Made by a program: the position numbers and the translations under genes
Part shown: piece by piece, positions 59,232 through 64,000 of the stretch
Layout of the letters: each line of letters begins with the position of its first letter
Numbering within the stretch: the stretch's first letter is position 1
Assembly (NCBI GenBank): GCA_965249065.1
Contig: CBDFLG010000002.1
Coordinates: forward strand, 2,169,960 to 2,233,959
Source: Dehalococcoidia bacterium
Lineage (GTDB): Bacteria > Chloroflexota > Dehalococcoidia > Lucifugimonadales > UBA3495
Direction: 5' to 3'
DNA: 64,000 bases
Notes under the pieces: generated by a model
What the model saw: only the letters and a program-made list of their open reading frames with translations
The model's database searches: none
What the model was told of the DNA's origin: nothing

Positions 59232-61347
59232 TCAATTTCCAATAGCATATTGTCTTTCCGGAGGAATATTTCTGACATTATTATGAACCTCCAACCAATA
59301 TCCTGTCATTTTTCCCTTAAAATCAATTGGATGGGTTTTCGGATCGTATGGTTCATCAATAAAGTGTGGAAGTAACAAAAAGGATTTTCCATACATCCTA
59401 CTTGATCTTTGGATAGATCGCTCCCAGTCATCTTCAGTTCCGCTACGATTTACAAAAAAATCTGGCAATAAGGAAAATGGATTTGAAGGTACGAGGTAAA
59501 GCTCTCCCATTGCGAGCAATCTACGTTCCATGAATACTTTTGAAATCTGAGGAACATGATCATCTCCACCTGGTATTTTTGCGTCTTTCGTTGTCATAAT
59601 AAACCCCCAAGACTCAGGATTGTATAACCTTTTCCCGGCAGAGATGTCGTCAACAATGTGCTGAACTCCTGTAATATATAAAAGAATTCTTTCTTCTGGA
59701 GGGAGTGATGGTGCTTCAAAGCCTAAACCTCCTCTGCCTGCGAACCTGAAAGGTGAATCACCCATGTCTTCTATAAGCCTTTGCTTTAGTGTATCAACAT
59801 CAAATCTTGATTTACTTAATGCTTGATTAATGCCATGCGTATTTGCTGCAAAGCTCCTGTTATAAACAGGAAGTGTTGATATCTCTTGTGACTTTGCCAT
59901 CATTTTATCCATCTCTGCTACAGCAGAACTTATGTAATAAGAATTCAACGACAAATAAAGAGGATTATCTTCCAAATTGTCTTTAGCCAAATCCCTGACT
60001 TTTTCTGCTAAGGGATGTTCTATCACGCTAAAATTTTTTAAGTGGTGTTCTCTTAAAGGATTAAATAATTTGTAGAACCCATATTCTTCTGGGCCTCCTC
60101 GTCTTGCAACTATATTAAGACTTATTAATTTATTCAGAGCTTCTGGGTTAAGTTGCCTAGCAGCCTCTATATCAATGTCTTTAATTTCGTCACCTATTTT
60201 TATGCTCCATTTTTCGTAGAATTCTATGGTAGGTTCATGCGACTCTAACATATCTATAGCTTTATGCACCATCTCTGCAAGTTCCTGCTGATCAAAATCT
60301 GAATAGTTAACTGCACCGAATCTAATATCACTGGATCTATTGAAGGTTACATAACCGTGAAAAGTTGTCTGGTGTGAATAATTATCGCGATACACTCCTT
60401 GCATATGCGGAGGAACTGGATCTAATCCGGATTTTGGAAGGCAAAAAATTGCATATACGTCAGCTGCTGCAAGCAAGGTTTCTATGGTTTTTTTAGTTGA
60501 TAATGCATGCGTCCTTCTATCTACATTAGATCCGTCCAGAAGAGTAATTTGTCCTGGGGTATTTAAGTATGCTTGAGCTACGCAAGCATCTAATGTGCTT
60601 ACGAATCCAGAAGGATCGTCAAATCCATTATTATCTGCACGGTGTTGTGATATAAGAGCTATATACTGATTGACTGCTTTGGAATCCAAACCAAGAAAAC
60701 CAGATGCAATTACGGTTCTTTTTGTTAATTCAAAATTTTGTATTGCGTGATTTGATAGCGTCTGAAATGAAGCAAAGTCTTCTGGAGGATTTTGGTAGTC
60801 CAAAAGCTTCCTGAGATGGTCGTTGAAGGATACGTCGCTCTGGACTGAGACAAATAGGCTGTCTATTCGGTCTTGCAGTGTTGGTTCCGGGGTCGAAGTC
60901 GGATCAGGGGACGCGGCGGTTGATGGGACTGCGGTCTTCACTGCAGCAACTGGCTCTGGGGTCGATAGCGCTGTTGCAACAGGGCGTGATGGAGGGGTTG
61001 GCGAAGGTGTCGGTGTCGGATCAGGGGACGCGGCGGTTGATGGGACTGCGGTCTTCACTGCAGCAACTGGCTCTGGGGTCGATAGCGCTGTTGCAACAGG
61101 GCGTGATGGAGGGGTTGGCGAAGGTGTCGGTGTCGGATCAGGGTGTAGCTGCTGCTGACGAAGCCGGAATATCCGTCGGGGCTATTGCAGACCTGGGTTC
61201 CGCGAGGGCCGACTGTTGAAACTCCGGAGTTGGTGTAAGCATTGCCGGCGCCGGGGATGGCTTTACCTCACATCCAATCAACGACAATGCCAGGGCCGAG
61301 AAAAGCGCGGCCAACAGGGAGGTGTGGAGAAAAGCTTGAGGCTTCAT
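59232..61347 (-). CDS. lipoprotein with Pro/Thr repeat linker and AT-rich unknown domain, one frameshift
   Basis: AGGAG RBS, lipobox LIGC; shift at the G run near 61143 joins the 608-aa ORF. Confidence 0.7.
60898..61143. repeat. 117-bp tandem repeat, ~2.1 copies
   Basis: Units start at 60898, 61015 and 61132. Confidence 0.9.
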
Positions 61348-61446
61348 GATTGGCTGCTCCTTATCCGGTTATGGCTGTCTGCAACCTTCCAGCGGAGCGG
61401 CCAAGATGCTCCATCTTCCCTCATAACCTTCCTCTGCCATTATACG

Positions 61447-62160
61447 CTATGCAAAATAGACGGTCATCACCCACCACCCTGCCACCGGCGGCGTGACCGG
61501 CACACCGGCGGCGTGGCGGGTGAGAACGGGGGCCGCATCATTGCAAGCTACGCCAGCGGCGACATCGCCCAAAGCGTGGACGTCTCGGCCCAGCCTGCGG
61601 GGTCGCCGTTTTCCTCCCGCCAGTACAGGACAGCCATGGGCGGCGGGTTCCGGAGCACCTCGGTCAGCCGGATGGTCACCGAGCCACTGGGAGCGGAGGA
61701 GGGCCCGCTGTAGGGCCAACGCGTCCAGCCGGGACCTCTCGGCCAAGCACGCGACGGCTTCCGGCTGCATCAGCGCCGCGGCGGTCGGCCTCCCGGCACA
61801 CCTTCCGCTCCGGCGGGTAGTCGGACTCCATGTCGCAGAAGGTCTCGTGGATGATCTCGTAGGTTTCGTGGAGCACCGTATAGGTGCTGCTCCCATCCCA
61901 CCAGCCCTGGCGGTAGTAGATGTCGTAGTGGCCCCTGGGCTGGCCGGTCTGGGCGCCCGTCAGCCCGTCCATCCCCGGTCCGACACCTCCCCGAACCCGG
62001 CCCGTCTCAGCACGACGCGCAGCTCGTTCAGTGTGGGACGGCCCGACAGGTTGAAGTAGCGCACGAAGCGGGCAGCCAGACGCTCTGGATTCAGGGTCTA
62101 GCTGGGGGAATCGTCGTCCAGCAGCCCGCGGCAGAAGTCGTCTCGCGAACTGTTAATCAT
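61447..62160 (-). pseudogene. ImmA/IrrE-like metallopeptidase, decayed
   Basis: VLHETYE, EADR..AALM; in-frame stop and shifts; overlaps repressor stop. Confidence 0.7.
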
Positions 62161-62588
62161 TCCAGCAGCCTCTTGTTGGTGAATCGCTCGTACATCTCGA
62201 CGATGAACCGCTTGGCGCTGATGGAGAGGGGGCCGTCGGGCCTGGTGCCCACGCGGAACTGGGGGTCGTCAAGCACGTAGCGGTAGGCCCGCTCCACCTC
62301 CAGGACCTCGTTGCTGTTTGGGTTCGGTGTGCCCGCGCGCCCGGCCCGCTTCATCAACTCCTGTTCATCCACGTTGTAGACGGCGGCCAGCTTGCCAATC
62401 ATGTTGGAGCCGGGCCTTCGGTCACCCCGCTCTATCTGGGAGAGATAGGAGGAGGAGACGCCGGTGCGCTTGGTCACGTCCCGCAGGCTCAGGTCTCCCC
62501 GCAGCCGCCGGAGCAGCAGCCCTATCTCCTCGTCGCCCTCGATCTCCTACCGGTCGTCGAGGTCCCGGCTGTCGTCAAGCTCGTCCAT
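62157..62588 (-). pseudogene. XRE-family repressor (ImmR-like) with early in-frame TAG
   Basis: LRRLRGDLSLRDVTKRTGVSSSYLSQIERG. Confidence 0.8.
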
Positions 62589-62859
62589 GATGCTCTCCCC
62601 TTGCCGCCGTAGATGCGGACAGTGCCGCGCACGGTGTACCTGCTACATCGCAGCTAACTTACAGCTATATAACGTGTTACATCGGAGCGAGCGATTGTCA
62701 ATGAATCCCTGTAAAGACCCTCGAAACGGCCTTTCGGCCATTGTTTCCGCTCGCTTGGTATTGGCACACTTACGCACACAGCACATTCTTTCGTATTTGT
62801 AGCCAAGTATACATCACCGACGCCTGCGAGGGCCACCCCTTCGCGGCGCGCCGGACTTC

Positions 62860-63087
62860 ATGAGAGAGACGGATCGCGTGAGTAGCAAGCGGAAGCAAAG
62901 GCTTACCCCAAAGCAGGAGCGGCAGCGCATCGAGGGCCTGCGGATACTGGCCCGCATCATCGCGCGCCACTACCTCGCCAATCCCCACCTGTACCGCAAC
63001 GGCGCAGCCGGGGACGGGTCTGCTCCCGCTGTCAACGGTCGCACGACCGCAGACGGGGAGACGGCCCGGAAGGAGGGCGAGGCGTGA
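62860..63087 (+). CDS. hypothetical protein of integrative element
   Basis: EGLRILARIIARHYL; first gene of the divergent operon; GTGA overlap. Confidence 0.55.
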   Translation: MRETDRVSSKRKQRLTPKQERQRIEGLRILARIIARHYLANPHLYRNGAAGDGSAPAVNGRTTADGETARKEGEA

Positions 63088-63327
63088 AGCGCAGGCAGCC
63101 CTCATCGCGGGTGAAGCTCAACCCCCACCGGGTGTGGGAGCTTCTGAACCGTCTCAACATGACCCAGAACGAGCTGGCGCGGCTGGTTGGCACCTCGTCG
63201 GGATACCTGTCCCAGCTCATGTCCGGGGACGCGCTGCCCCTCGGCGGATATGCGCAAGCGGCTCATGGAGGCGCTTGGCGTCACCCGCTTCGAGGACCTG
63301 TTCATCCTGGAGCAGGCCGATGTGTAG
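63084..63327 (+). pseudogene. Cro/XRE HTH protein with one extra G
   Basis: MTQNELARLVGTSSGYLSQLMSG / RCPSADMRKRLMEALG..FEDLF. Confidence 0.75.
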
Positions 63328-63619
63328 CGACGACCGCGCTCCGTCCACCCCCGTCTCCATACCGCCCGGCGTCGCCCTGATACCGGAGGACTTCTCCGAG
63401 CGGCTGACGGCGGTGAGAGACCTGCTCGACCTCAACTGGGAGGAGATGTCCGTGGGCCTGGGCGTGGACCCGCGCCAGCTTCTGCGCTGGCGCATCAAGG
63501 GCGGCGCACCCAACGGGGGAGCGATGCTGGCCCTGGTGCGGCTGGCGGTCCGGACGCCGGAGGGGTTGGGGCAACTGTTGGACGAAGACGTAATCGTGAT
63601 CTTCAAACCGAGGAGGTAG
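63320..63619 (+). CDS. HTH protein
   Basis: PEDFSERL...LNWEEMSVGLGVDPRQLLRWR...PNGGAMLAL. Confidence 0.65.
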   Translation: MCSDDRAPSTPVSIPPGVALIPEDFSERLTAVRDLLDLNWEEMSVGLGVDPRQLLRWRIKGGAPNGGAMLALVRLAVRTPEGLGQLLDEDVIVIFKPRR

Positions 63620-63642
63620 AAGCATGGCTATTGAACGTGAGT

Positions 63643-64000
63643 TAACGTGAATTATGGTTAAGCGACGGTTGGGAGCGCGGGAATATTCTCTCTGCTCAAG
63701 GATGGTTTCTTGGGCTGATGGCAATAGGCAATCAACCCGGAGACCAGGTTGACCAAGAAGTTGGCTGGGCTGCGGTGGCGGGTATGCTCAATCTGAGAGA
63801 TATTCTTCAGTTGGTCGTTAACCGATTCGATGACGGCCCGCTTACGAAGCAGGGCCCTGTCTTCCGGGGGCAAGGGGCGGGGTTTCATATTTCGCTTCAG
63901 CCTGGTAATCAACTGAATACCCCGCTCGAACAGTTGGGAGACCAGCTTTTGGGAGATATAGCCCCGGTCGCCAAACAACCGGCCCAATAGGCTCCGGGTC
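63643..64000 (-). mobile_element. IS982-family transposase, 3' part
   Basis: LFGDRGYISQ, KRAVIESVNDQLK, IEHTRHRS, LIAY..PKKPSL. Confidence 0.88.

Noticed and set aside
60898-61143. Possible CRISPR array (also considered for 29479-29534 and 37981-38010)
   Set aside because: Tandem repeats with no unique spacers; no cas genes in the window

Overview
High-GC bacterial chromosome segment. Gene content (DsiB-like large serine recombinases, Uma2, DUF433/DUF5615, PAC2, Rieske/LVIVD catabolic genes, cadherin/Fn3 and RCC1 proteins) suggests Chloroflexota/Dehalococcoidia, SAR202-like and possibly host-associated; this is inference. 1-26.6 kb is mostly core and metabolic genes: ybaB, dnaX, ybeY, tRNA-Glu, argC, nth, an opp-type ABC operon, solA, and cobC/pduX-like genes. 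26.6-33 kb is a defence/mobile islet. It holds a TA cassette bracketed by a duplicated gene 3' end, and a GATC-centred locus: a truncated DpnB-like methyltransferase, a PLD nuclease fused to a DpnI-type winged helix, and a small Zn-finger gene whose promoter carries three GATC sites. It also holds an IS630 remnant and an IS607 whose TnpB has a RuvC-III D-to-N change. 34-43.8 kb is an aromatic/heterocycle catabolic cluster. 44-64 kb is a decaying integrative-element region: IS5, a ~5.3 kb cadherin/Fn3 adhesin gene, three serine-recombinase remnants, a MITE, a hisS fragment, a LicD/LicC/aminotransferase/methyltransferase cassette, an AT-rich lipoprotein, an ImmA/ImmR switch and IS982. Many frameshifts right of 29.5 kb are single-base indels in or beside homopolymers and may be sequencing errors. 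All calls come from motif recognition by eye; no database searches were run.
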